This document shows positions 41,079 to 49,853 of a stretch of 64,000 nt of DNA, in pieces (position 1 is the first letter of the stretch; the number at the start of each line of letters is the position of its first letter). The translations under genes were made by a program, and so were the position numbers. Under the pieces are notes generated by a model that was not told where the DNA came from, did not search any database, and saw nothing but the letters and a program-made list of their open reading frames with translations. The DNA comes from Bacteroidota bacterium (lineage in GTDB: Bacteria; Bacteroidota; Ignavibacteria; Kapaibacteriales; DASPKH01): assembly GCA_040386315.1 (NCBI GenBank), contig JAZKFS010000020.1, forward strand, positions 4,620-68,619, given 5' to 3'.

Positions 41079-43139
41079 TTGCAGGAGTTTTTAAAAACAA
41101 CGGACAGCACTATGCAAACCCAATCTACGACCGGACATACAGATAATATTACGAATGGAAAAAACGGCCACGCAAATGGCCACGGGAGCGAACTTGTCGC
41201 CGAGCTGGAGCGTCGCTATGCGGAGCTGGAGGCACGGCTTTCGCCCGATGTGCGCGAGCTGCTTAAAGGGTGGGAAGCCAAAAAGCAAAATTACCTTGAT
41301 GAGAATTTCACCTACACCGTTCGTGGGAAGGATATTAAGGTGAAAAATTCTACGAAGTCGCTCAGCCAGCTCGATATTCCGAAGGTGTCCGTGCCGAAGT
41401 ACAAGGATTGGGGCGAAATCGTGAGCTGGTCGCTGCAGGAGAATTTCCCCGGCGAATTTCCGTACACGGCGGGCGTGTATCCTTTTAAAAGGCAGGGCGA
41501 AGACCCGACGCGGATGTTTGCCGGAGAAGGCGGGCCGGAGCGCACGAACCGCCGTTTTCACTATCTGAGCTTAGGAATGCCGGCCGCGCGCCTTTCGACG
41601 GCGTTTGACTCGGTGACGCTGTATGGCGAAGACCCCGATGAGCGCCCGGATATTTACGGCAAAATCGGCAATTCCGGCGTTTCTATCGCGACGCTTGATG
41701 ATGCGAAAAAGCTGTATTCGGGTTTTGACCTGTGCGCGCCAACAACGTCTGTTTCCATGACGATTAACGGCCCGGCGCCAATGCTGCTCGCGTTTTTTAT
41801 GAATGCGGCGATTGACCAGCAGTGCGAAAAATATATTGTTGAAAATGGTCTTGAAACTGAAATTGAACAAAAATTAGAAGATATTTTTAAAAAGAAAGGA
41901 ATCGAGCGTCCGCGCTACAGCGGCGACCTGCCGGAAGGAAATAACGGCCTCGGGCTGAGGCTTCTTGGCGTGACGGGCGACGAAGTTCTGCCAGCTGACG
42001 TGTACGCAAAATGCAAGCAAACCGCGCTGCAATCGGTTCGCGGAACGGTGCAGGCGGACATTTTAAAAGAAGACCAGGCGCAGAATACGTGTATTTTTTC
42101 GACGGAATTTGCGCTGCGCATGATGGGCGATATTCAGCAGTATTTTATTGAGAAAAAAGTCCGCAATTTCTACTCGGTTTCCATTTCGGGTTATCACATT
42201 GCCGAGGCCGGTGCAAATCCTGTTACGCAGCTTGCGCTCACGCTTTCCAATGGTTTTACCTTTGTGGAATATTACCTTTCGCGCGGTATGCACATTGACG
42301 ATTTCGCGCCGAATCTTTCCTTTTTCTTTTCAAACGGCATTGACCCGGAATATTCCGTGATTGGCCGCGTGGCGCGCCGCATCTGGGCAAAAGCCATGAA
42401 GAACAAGTACGGCGGCAACGAGCGCTCGCAGATGCTGAAATATCACATCCAGACCTCGGGACGTTCGCTGCACGCGCAGGAAATTGATTTTAACGACATC
42501 CGCACGACGCTACAGGCGCTCTATGCGATTTACGACAATTGCAATTCGCTCCACACGAACGCGTACGACGAAGCAATCACAACGCCAACGGAAGAGTCCG
42601 TTCGCCGCGCCGTAGCTATCCAGCTTATCATCAACCGCGAGTTGGGTTTAGCCAAAAATGAAAATCCGCTCCAGGGCAGCTTTATTATTGAAGAATTGAC
42701 CGACCTTGTAGAAGAAGCTGTTTTAAACGAATTTAATAAGATTGCTGAACGTGGTGGCGTTCTTGGCGCGATGGAAATGATGTACCAGCGGAATAAAATC
42801 CAGGAAGAATCGCTCTACTACGAAATGCAAAAGCACACGGGCGAATATCCAATCATCGGCGTGAATACATTCCTCAGCAGCAAGGGTTCGCCGACGGTTA
42901 TCCCGCAGGAAGTAATCCGCTCGACTGACGAAGAAAAGCAATTCCAAATCAACACCGTTCGCACTTTTCAAAAGCGCAATGAAGCACATTCAGAAACAGT
43001 TTTAAAAGATTTGCAAAGCGTCGCGGTGCGCAATCAGAATATTTTTGAAGGTCTGATGGAAGCGGCGAAGGCGTGCTCGCTTGGGCAGCTTTCTCATGCG
43101 CTGTATCAGGTTGGCGGGCAGTATCGGCGGAATATGTAG
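41079..43139 (+). CDS. methylmalonyl-CoA mutase-family catalytic (substrate-binding TIM barrel) subunit, IcmF C-terminal-domain-like
   Basis: [29 protein letters not shown]...RFHYLS signature of acyl-CoA mutase large subunits; ~60-aa disordered N-terminal extension. Confidence 0.8.
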   Translation: MQEFLKTTDSTMQTQSTTGHTDNITNGKNGHANGHGSELVAELERRYAELEARLSPDVRELLKGWEAKKQNYLDENFTYTVRGKDIKVKNSTKSLSQLDIPKVSVPKYKDWGEIVSWSLQENFPGEFPYTAGVYPFKRQGEDPTRMFAGEGGPERTNRRFHYLSLGMPAARLSTAFDSVTLYGEDPDERPDIYGKIGNSGVSIATLDDAKKLYSGFDLCAPTTSVSMTINGPAPMLLAFFMNAAIDQQCEKYIVENGLETEIEQKLEDIFKKKGIERPRYSGDLPEGNNGLGLRLLGVTGDEVLPADVYAKCKQTALQSVRGTVQADILKEDQAQNTCIFSTEFALRMMGDIQQYFIEKKVRNFYSVSISGYHIAEAGANPVTQLALTLSNGFTFVEYYLSRGMHIDDFAPNLSFFFSNGIDPEYSVIGRVARRIWAKAMKNKYGGNERSQMLKYHIQTSGRSLHAQEIDFNDIRTTLQALYAIYDNCNSLHTNAYDEAITTPTEESVRRAVAIQLIINRELGLAKNENPLQGSFIIEELTDLVEEAVLNEFNKIAERGGVLGAMEMMYQRNKIQEESLYYEMQKHTGEYPIIGVNTFLSSKGSPTVIPQEVIRSTDEEKQFQINTVRTFQKRNEAHSETVLKDLQSVAVRNQNIFEGLMEAAKACSLGQLSHALYQVGGQYRRNM

Positions 43140-43346
43140 GAATTTTAAAAAGCTTTTTTTTAAAGCTCTTTTGCTTCATTGCAGAAGGGCTTTTTGCTTT
43201 TTAAATCACTTCTTTTAAAAAGGTATAATTAAAAAACAATATGAAATAATACAGTATTTCGGTATTTTGCTGAATATTACAAAAAAACAGTTTATAGAAA
43301 AGAAACTTTCTGCCTATATTCTTTTAAAGATCATTATGAGTTTTTT

Positions 43347-44936
43347 ATGAACTCGCCACCTATAACTGATAAAAATACTCCTCCCGAAGATGAATGGCCG
43401 GATAACTTTGGCTATCAGTTGCTGTTTGAAAAGCACCCGAATCCGATGCTTATTTTTTCTCTCGCTGATTTTACAATTCTCAATATCAATCCGGCCGCAA
43501 TAGAAAAATACGGTTACTCACGCGAGGAGTTTTTAAAACTCACCATGCTGGACATTCGCCCCGCAGAGGACAAAGAGTTTTTCCTGAATTTCATGGCTTC
43601 GGCAGAAAAGAATTTTCGTATAAATGGCCACTGGCGCCATCAGAAAAAAAACGGAGAAATAATTTTTGTGCAGGTTTCTTCCCAGCCGATTACGTGGCAG
43701 GGGAAGGAAGCACGGATTTTTTCCATCAACGATATTACCGAGCTTAAAAACACCGAATACCGGCTGCGTGAATCAGAGAAATTATATAAACATGTTATTG
43801 AAAACGCTGGCGATTATATTTATACCACTGACGCCAACGGATATTTTCTTGACGCAAACGAAGCAGCTTTAAAAGTATCCGGCTATACACTGGAAGAGCT
43901 GCACGGATATAGATATATTGACCTCATCGCACCCGACTTTCGCAAAAAAATCGCCTATCGCTATATGCGGCAGTTTTTAAACCAGGAAAAATCCCTTCAT
44001 GTGGAATTTCCTTTTGTTACCAAATCCGGCGCTATCAGGTGGTTCGGACAGTATTCTACCTTGATTTGTAAAGAGAGCGAACCGGTTGGATTTCACGTCA
44101 TCGGTTACGATATTACCAGCCGGAAAATCGCAGAAGTGGAACTCAATAAAGCCAATATCGCACTTGAGCGCCGCGTAGAAGAGCGCACAGGAGAGCTTGG
44201 CAAAACGCTGGAGCGCCTGCAGGGAGCGCTTGAAAGGGAAAAGGAATTGAGCGAATTAAAATCGCGGTTCGTTACGATGATCTCGCATGAATTTCGCACA
44301 CCGCTGACGAGCATTCTTTCTAATACTGAGATCCTGCAACGCTATGGAGAACATATTGAAAAGCCCAAACGTGAGAAAATGTACACCGTCATAGTAGAAT
44401 CCATCCGCCACATGACGCATCTTCTGGAAGATGTGCTGGAATTCAGCCGGGCAAATCATACAAAACTTTCATTTCATCCCGACTCTCACAATCCGCTCAC
44501 AGTATTTGAGGATATCGTCGAGCAGGCACGCACCATCCATAGCGAACGGGAGATTTTACTTCAATTTTCCGGGAAACGCGAGAATGTTTGTTTTGAGCGG
44601 AAATTGTTGCGTGTAATTGTTACAAATCTTCTCTCCAACGCTTTAAAATACTCACCGAAAACTTCCCCAGTCGAGATCACTCTCCACGTCGAAGAGCGCA
44701 CCATGCACTTTACAGTTTCCGACTACGGAATAGGAATGAATGAGGAAGAATTACAAAATCTCTTCGAGCCATTCTATCGCGGAAAATCTGTCGAAACGAT
44801 TCATGGCACAGGACTCGGGCTTTCCATCGTACAGCAAAGTGTAGAGCGGCATGATGGCAAAATTTCCGTGCAAAGTGAAGCAGGGAAGGGAACACGCTTT
44901 TCCGTAGAACTTCCCATATCAGAAGTGCACGCCTGA
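43347..44936 (+). CDS. PAS-PAS sensor histidine kinase
   Basis: two PAS domains, HisKA (MISHEFRTPLTSI), HATPase (GTGLGLSIVQQ). Confidence 0.85.
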   Translation: MNSPPITDKNTPPEDEWPDNFGYQLLFEKHPNPMLIFSLADFTILNINPAAIEKYGYSREEFLKLTMLDIRPAEDKEFFLNFMASAEKNFRINGHWRHQKKNGEIIFVQVSSQPITWQGKEARIFSINDITELKNTEYRLRESEKLYKHVIENAGDYIYTTDANGYFLDANEAALKVSGYTLEELHGYRYIDLIAPDFRKKIAYRYMRQFLNQEKSLHVEFPFVTKSGAIRWFGQYSTLICKESEPVGFHVIGYDITSRKIAEVELNKANIALERRVEERTGELGKTLERLQGALEREKELSELKSRFVTMISHEFRTPLTSILSNTEILQRYGEHIEKPKREKMYTVIVESIRHMTHLLEDVLEFSRANHTKLSFHPDSHNPLTVFEDIVEQARTIHSEREILLQFSGKRENVCFERKLLRVIVTNLLSNALKYSPKTSPVEITLHVEERTMHFTVSDYGIGMNEEELQNLFEPFYRGKSVETIHGTGLGLSIVQQSVERHDGKISVQSEAGKGTRFSVELPISEVHA

Positions 44937-44951
44937 GTTCTTTTAAAAACG

Positions 44952-44986
44952 AAAAACGCCGCCTTTTTTAAAAGCAGCGTTTTTAA
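44952..44986. terminator. bidirectional terminator between convergent genes
   Basis: AAAAACGC...GCGTTTTT stem with flanking A/T runs. Confidence 0.5.
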
Positions 44987-45007
44987 AGATATTTTCTTTT
45001 AAAAATC

Positions 45008-45382
45008 TTAATTCTGCGAATGCAGCGCCATTTTATTCCCTTCGCTGTCAATGAATACCGCGCAATGTCCATACTCCGGCGTGATCTCCGTTTTTGGCAT
45101 GATCACTTTTCCACCCGCCGGCTCGATACGATTTAAAACATCTGTCAGGTCATTGCCGCAATTCAAATATACCATTGTACCGTCAGCGCTTGGTTTGTAA
45201 CCTTCGCCTGCTACCACTGCACCGCTCACTCCGCCGCCTGCGAAAAAGCCCATGTCAAGATTGCCCATTTTATTGACGGATAAATCCGCTTGCAGGATCT
45301 CGCTATAGAATTTCACAGCGCGGTTGAAATCCGCTGCGGGGATTTCAAACCAGTTTATCGCATTTGGTTTTTGCTCTTCCAT
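45008..45382 (-). CDS. VOC-family (glyoxalase/bleomycin-resistance-like) protein
   Basis: 124 aa; NWFEIPAADFNRAVKFYSEIL...MVYLNC...HCAVFIDSEGN. Confidence 0.75.
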   Translation of the reverse strand: MEEQKPNAINWFEIPAADFNRAVKFYSEILQADLSVNKMGNLDMGFFAGGGVSGAVVAGEGYKPSADGTMVYLNCGNDLTDVLNRIEPAGGKVIMPKTEITPEYGHCAVFIDSEGNKMALHSQN

Positions 45383-45506
45383 CGTCTTTCCTCTTTTAAA
45401 AAAATGTTTGGTGAAATATGCTGGTGAGCGAAACTTACTAAAGATTTTGGTACTGAAACTGTTAAGATTTAGATAAATATTAAAAGTCTTTTAAAAGCAT
45501 TTTGTA

Positions 45507-45585
45507 ATTCTGAGTAGAGCGAAGAATCAACGCTAGAAGTTCGCGTTAGGATATTCCGCCGTAGATTCTTCGCTCTGCTCAGAAT
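45507..45585. repeat. 79-bp palindromic element (22-bp TIRs, 1 mismatch) related to the 2681-2825 element
   Basis: ATTCTGAGTAGAGCGAAGAATC ... GATTCTTCGCTCTGCTCAGAAT. The internal 16-mer GAATCAACGCTAGAAG (45524-45539) is identical to the reverse complement of 2789-2804. Confidence 0.65.
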
Positions 45586-45605
45586 GAAATTTTCCGTTTT
45601 AAAAA

Positions 45606-46199
45606 CTACTTATAAAAATACTTCGGCGCCCACTCACCCGCGCCGTTTTCCAGCAAGTCGAATAAATACCACACGCTGCAATAATTATCGCCGGGGCCGA
45701 ATTCATCTTTGGCGACACGCGTGATATTGCCCATGAAATCCTTTTTAAAAGTGGAAACGCCGGGACCCACATAGCTCATGCCGTCCTGCACATACGCAAA
45801 ACCCATGTCGGTCGTAAATTCCTGCGTGGCGTCGCTCATCATCACGAATTCCCAGCCGCGGCTCCCGGCAAATTCGCGCTGCACGTCGGGTTCGTCCGGC
45901 GAGACAACGACGAAGGCGGCACGGTCGTTCAGGTGCTGCCACACGCCGTTGAAACCGTCGGCCCAGAGCGTGCAGTAGGAGCAGCGCTTGCCCATGTTGT
46001 GAATGAGGATCAGCTCATCGCGCTCGCCGAAAAGCTCCGCCAGCGACACGTCCGCGCCGTCCCAGTCTTTAAAAGAATATTCCTTTGTCATCGGCTCGGG
46101 CTGTGATTTTTTCAGCTCCAGCAGGCGACGCTGCCGTTCGGCGATCTCGTCGGTAAGCTGCTTGATTTCTTCTTCGCGGGTGAGTTCTGCGGTTTCCAT
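45606..46199 (-). CDS. DUF899-family thioredoxin-like protein
   Basis: CSYC redox motif, N-terminal coiled coil, 197 aa. Confidence 0.65.
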   Translation of the reverse strand: METAELTREEEIKQLTDEIAERQRRLLELKKSQPEPMTKEYSFKDWDGADVSLAELFGERDELILIHNMGKRCSYCTLWADGFNGVWQHLNDRAAFVVVSPDEPDVQREFAGSRGWEFVMMSDATQEFTTDMGFAYVQDGMSYVGPGVSTFKKDFMGNITRVAKDEFGPGDNYCSVWYLFDLLENGAGEWAPKYFYK

Positions 46200-46333
46200 C
46201 GGTGTAATTCCAATGTTTTTAAAAACGTCTGGTGAATTTTGTGCTGTGGCAAATTAGGAAAGTTTTGTGAGGTTTTAAAAGAATTTTTTTCGTAGTTTTT
46301 GGGAAATGTTAAATGCGAACTTTTTAAAAAGAA

Positions 46334-46840
46334 ATGAAAAAGAAACTGTTCTATATTTCGCTTGTAATTTTAATCCTGTTTTTCCAGCCTGCATTTCAAA
46401 GACCACCAATTGAAATTCAGATTCCAATTTTAAAATTTATTATTCAATTCTCATTTTATCTCGCTTTAGCCACTTTATCAGTTATTACTGTTTTAATAAT
46501 TCCGGAAAAAATTTCGGAAAAATCTTTCCAGATATTTGCTGTTATTCCAGTTATTCCATTTTTCTTTTTTGCGCTTTTCGGCTTGATCTTTTCCACATTT
46601 AGTTCAAATTCATTTTATAAAGACCAATATTCTTATATAAACGCCGTAACAAATGAAAAATATATTGATCAATATAATGACCAAGGTGCATTGGGCGGTA
46701 CTTCACGTTTGATTCATGCACAGGAAATTCTTGGCGATAAGATTCGCTGGTTTAATAATGTTAATTCTCAAAATTTACCAAAAGGGAAATGGTATGTTTT
46801 TGAAAATGATAGTTTAAAAGATTCAATTCTTGTCCATTAA
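46334..46840 (+). CDS. hypothetical membrane protein (AT-rich)
   Basis: 3 hydrophobic helices; no family recognised. Confidence 0.45.
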   Translation: MKKKLFYISLVILILFFQPAFQRPPIEIQIPILKFIIQFSFYLALATLSVITVLIIPEKISEKSFQIFAVIPVIPFFFFALFGLIFSTFSSNSFYKDQYSYINAVTNEKYIDQYNDQGALGGTSRLIHAQEILGDKIRWFNNVNSQNLPKGKWYVFENDSLKDSILVH

Positions 46841-46971
46841 CTTTCCCTTTTTAAAAACTCCCTTCTCCGTATCTTTGCGGATTAAACTTTTTCACCGAAA
46901 GTAACTATCTTCACACCAGATGTTTTATTGAATGGAAGTTGCTTTTAAAAACTATTCGGGCTTTATAAAAA

Positions 46972-49689
46972 ATGAAAAAAGTGCTTATTATTCTGGGCGG
47001 GCTGCTCGTTGTTTTTGTTGGCGCGCTCGTGGCGGTTCCTCTCTTTTTTAAAGATGAGATCACGGCGCTCGCCAAGCAGACTATCAACAAAAATCTGAAG
47101 GCGGACGCGGATTTTAAAAGCGTGGATGTGTCGCTGCTGAAGGATTTTCCGCGGCTGCATTTTGCGATGGAAAATTTTTCCGTGGTGAACCGTGCGCCTT
47201 TTAAAGACACGCTGGCGTACATTCCGTCGCTGGGCGTTTCGCTCGATGCGTGGGATTATATCACGTCGCAGAAGGTTTCGATTCTCGCGGTGAATGTCGA
47301 AAAGCCGCGCATCAACGCGCATATTTTAAAAGATTCCACCAAAAACTGGGATATTTTTATTGCCAGCGACAAGCCGGGTTTTGCTTCTACGCAAGTTGAT
47401 AAAATTTTAAAAGATATTTCCGGTGAACTCCAGGAGTTTTCGGTGAATGATGCGACTATTATTTTTACCGATGATGCGGGTAATAAATCTGCGCTTTTAA
47501 AAAACTTTTCAGCCAGCGGAAACGGCGATTTTTCAAAGCAGGTTTTCGTCCTCGAAACAGAAGCGAACGGGCTGACAAGCTTTACTTATGGCGGCATTCC
47601 ATTCCTGCGTGAAGCTGTTACAAAACTCAACGCCGACCTGCAATTTGACATGACGAAAAAGCAAATTCTTTTAAAAGAAAACAACCTGCTTTTAAACGAT
47701 TTGCCTGTTGGATTTTCCGGCACGGTTGACCTTTTGGAAAATGATGCGTACGGCGTGAACATAGATTTTAAAGCAAAGGAAAGTTCTTTTAAAAACTTTT
47801 TGTCGCTCATTCCGGCGTTTTACACGAATAAAGTGAAGGATTTTAAAAGCTTAAAAACTGCCGGAACGATGGCGCTTCAGGGAGCGGTGAAGGGAACATA
47901 TTCCGACAAAACTTTGCCTGGATTTAACGCTACACTTCAGCTCAATAACGGCATGTTTCAATATCCTGATTTGCCGTCGGCAGTGCGAAATGTTGCGGCG
48001 GACGTGCGTATAACCAATCCTGACGGCGTGCCGAATAACGCGGTTGTGGACGTTCGCCGCGGCCATGCGGAAATGGACGGTGACCCGTTTGATGCGAAAC
48101 TGCTTTTAAAAACGCCGATTTCTGACCCGTATATTGACGGTGCTTTTAAAGGAAAAATCAACCTTACGAACGTAAAAAAATTCTTCCCGCTTGAGCCGGG
48201 AACAGACGTGGGCGGAATTGTTGGTGGTGAGATAGTTTTAAAAGGAAACCTTTCGATGCTGGAAAATAAGCAGTACGAACGCTTCACCGCACAAGGCGCG
48301 GGCTATGCGCAAAACCTCGTTGTGAAAAGTCCGCAACTTGCCGAAACGGTGACAATTCAAAACGCAAATCTCGCTTTTTCGCCACAATCTGCGCAACTGA
48401 CAAACCTCGCGATGAAAATTGGCGGAAGTGATTTAAGTGGTTCGGGACGGTTGGATAATTTGCTGGCATATGTGCTTAAAGATGAAGAATTACGTGGCGA
48501 AATGAGCGTAAATTCCAACGTGATGAACCTCAATCCGTGGATGCCGAAGGAAACGAAAGCATCGCAGCAATCGGCGTCAACGCAAAAGCAATTTGACAAA
48601 ACGCTTGTGACGGATTTGCCCGAAAATCTGAATTTTAAAATCAACGCCGTGATGAACCGCGTTCTGTATGATAACCTGATTTTATCGAACGTGAAGGGAA
48701 TTCTGACGCTGGCGAATAAAATTCTGCGCATCGAGCAGAGCCAGATGGATTTGCTTGGCGGGAATATGGCGATGAGCGGCACGTACAATACGCAAACGCC
48801 GGGCAAACCGCAGTCGGCGCTGGATATGACGGTCACGAATTTCAGCTTTGCGGAAACCTACAAAGCATTTGCTACGGCGAAAGCGTTCGTGCCGTTCATG
48901 GAGCTGCTTAAAGGAAGCTTTAATGCGAAAATGCAGTTTGCCACTGACCTTGACGGAACGCTGATGCCGATTTTTCCGTCGGTGACGAGCGTTGGCGGGC
49001 TGGCGATTGACCAGGTGCGCGTGGAAGGTTTTAAGCCGTTTGCAAAGGTTGCCGAGCTTTTAAAAATGCCGGAGCTGGCGAATCCACAGCTTACGAATAT
49101 CAAGCCGAGTTATAGAATTGAAAAAGGGCGGCTGTTCCTTCCGGCGTTCGCTTTTAAAGTTGGCGATAAAGACGTGACGATGAGCGGTTCGAGCGGGCTG
49201 GACAAAACGATTGACTACGTAATGAATATGAAAGTGCCGACGGGAACGCTGGCGTCGCAAGCAAATCAGGCGCTTTCGGGGCTTTTAAAAACAAATATCA
49301 GTGCAATAAAAAGTTCGACGGTGGACGTTGCGATAAAAATCACGGGAACATTCGACAACCCTAAAATATCAACAACGCTCGGCAACGTCGTTCAAGACCA
49401 GATTGATAACACAAAACAAGCGCTCGAAGACGAAGCAAAGCGCCGCCTCGACGAAGAAAAAGCCAAAATTGACCAGCGTTTAAAAGATGAAGAAGCGAAA
49501 CTGCGCGACAAAGTAAACACAGAAGCGGAAAAAGCAAAGCAGCAAATCGAAGCAGAAAAAGAGAGATTGCGCCAAGCCGCTGAAGCCGAGAAAGAACGCC
49601 TCCGCAAAGAAGCTGAAGCGGAAAAAGAGCGTTTGAAAAAGAAAGCGGAAGAGGAATTGAAGAAGAGATTTCCGTTTAAAAAGCCGTAG
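46972..49689 (+). CDS. AsmA-family protein with C-terminal Lys/Glu-rich coiled-coil repeats
   Basis: N-terminal anchor MKKVLIILGGLLVVFVGALVAVPLFFKDEI typical of AsmA; C-terminal (EAEKERLRKEA)n. Confidence 0.75.
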   Translation: MKKVLIILGGLLVVFVGALVAVPLFFKDEITALAKQTINKNLKADADFKSVDVSLLKDFPRLHFAMENFSVVNRAPFKDTLAYIPSLGVSLDAWDYITSQKVSILAVNVEKPRINAHILKDSTKNWDIFIASDKPGFASTQVDKILKDISGELQEFSVNDATIIFTDDAGNKSALLKNFSASGNGDFSKQVFVLETEANGLTSFTYGGIPFLREAVTKLNADLQFDMTKKQILLKENNLLLNDLPVGFSGTVDLLENDAYGVNIDFKAKESSFKNFLSLIPAFYTNKVKDFKSLKTAGTMALQGAVKGTYSDKTLPGFNATLQLNNGMFQYPDLPSAVRNVAADVRITNPDGVPNNAVVDVRRGHAEMDGDPFDAKLLLKTPISDPYIDGAFKGKINLTNVKKFFPLEPGTDVGGIVGGEIVLKGNLSMLENKQYERFTAQGAGYAQNLVVKSPQLAETVTIQNANLAFSPQSAQLTNLAMKIGGSDLSGSGRLDNLLAYVLKDEELRGEMSVNSNVMNLNPWMPKETKASQQSASTQKQFDKTLVTDLPENLNFKINAVMNRVLYDNLILSNVKGILTLANKILRIEQSQMDLLGGNMAMSGTYNTQTPGKPQSALDMTVTNFSFAETYKAFATAKAFVPFMELLKGSFNAKMQFATDLDGTLMPIFPSVTSVGGLAIDQVRVEGFKPFAKVAELLKMPELANPQLTNIKPSYRIEKGRLFLPAFAFKVGDKDVTMSGSSGLDKTIDYVMNMKVPTGTLASQANQALSGLLKTNISAIKSSTVDVAIKITGTFDNPKISTTLGNVVQDQIDNTKQALEDEAKRRLDEEKAKIDQRLKDEEAKLRDKVNTEAEKAKQQIEAEKERLRQAAEAEKERLRKEAEAEKERLKKKAEEELKKRFPFKKP

Positions 49690-49720
49690 TTGTTGACTTA
49701 AGTTTTAAAAAGTTTTTAAA

Positions 49721-49757
49721 GGGCAGATTTTTAAAAGAATCTGTCCTTTTTTATTTT
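49721..49757 (+). terminator. Rho-independent terminator
   Basis: GGGCAGAT-ttttaaaaga-ATCTGTCC followed by TTTTTTATTTTT. Confidence 0.6.
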
Positions 49758-49853
49758 TAAAATGAAATAAGATTTTAAAGGTTTTATGGTTAAAAGAAAA
49801 GCATAAAAGCATATTTTTGTACGCTATCATTTTTATCTTTTAAAAACTCTCTT

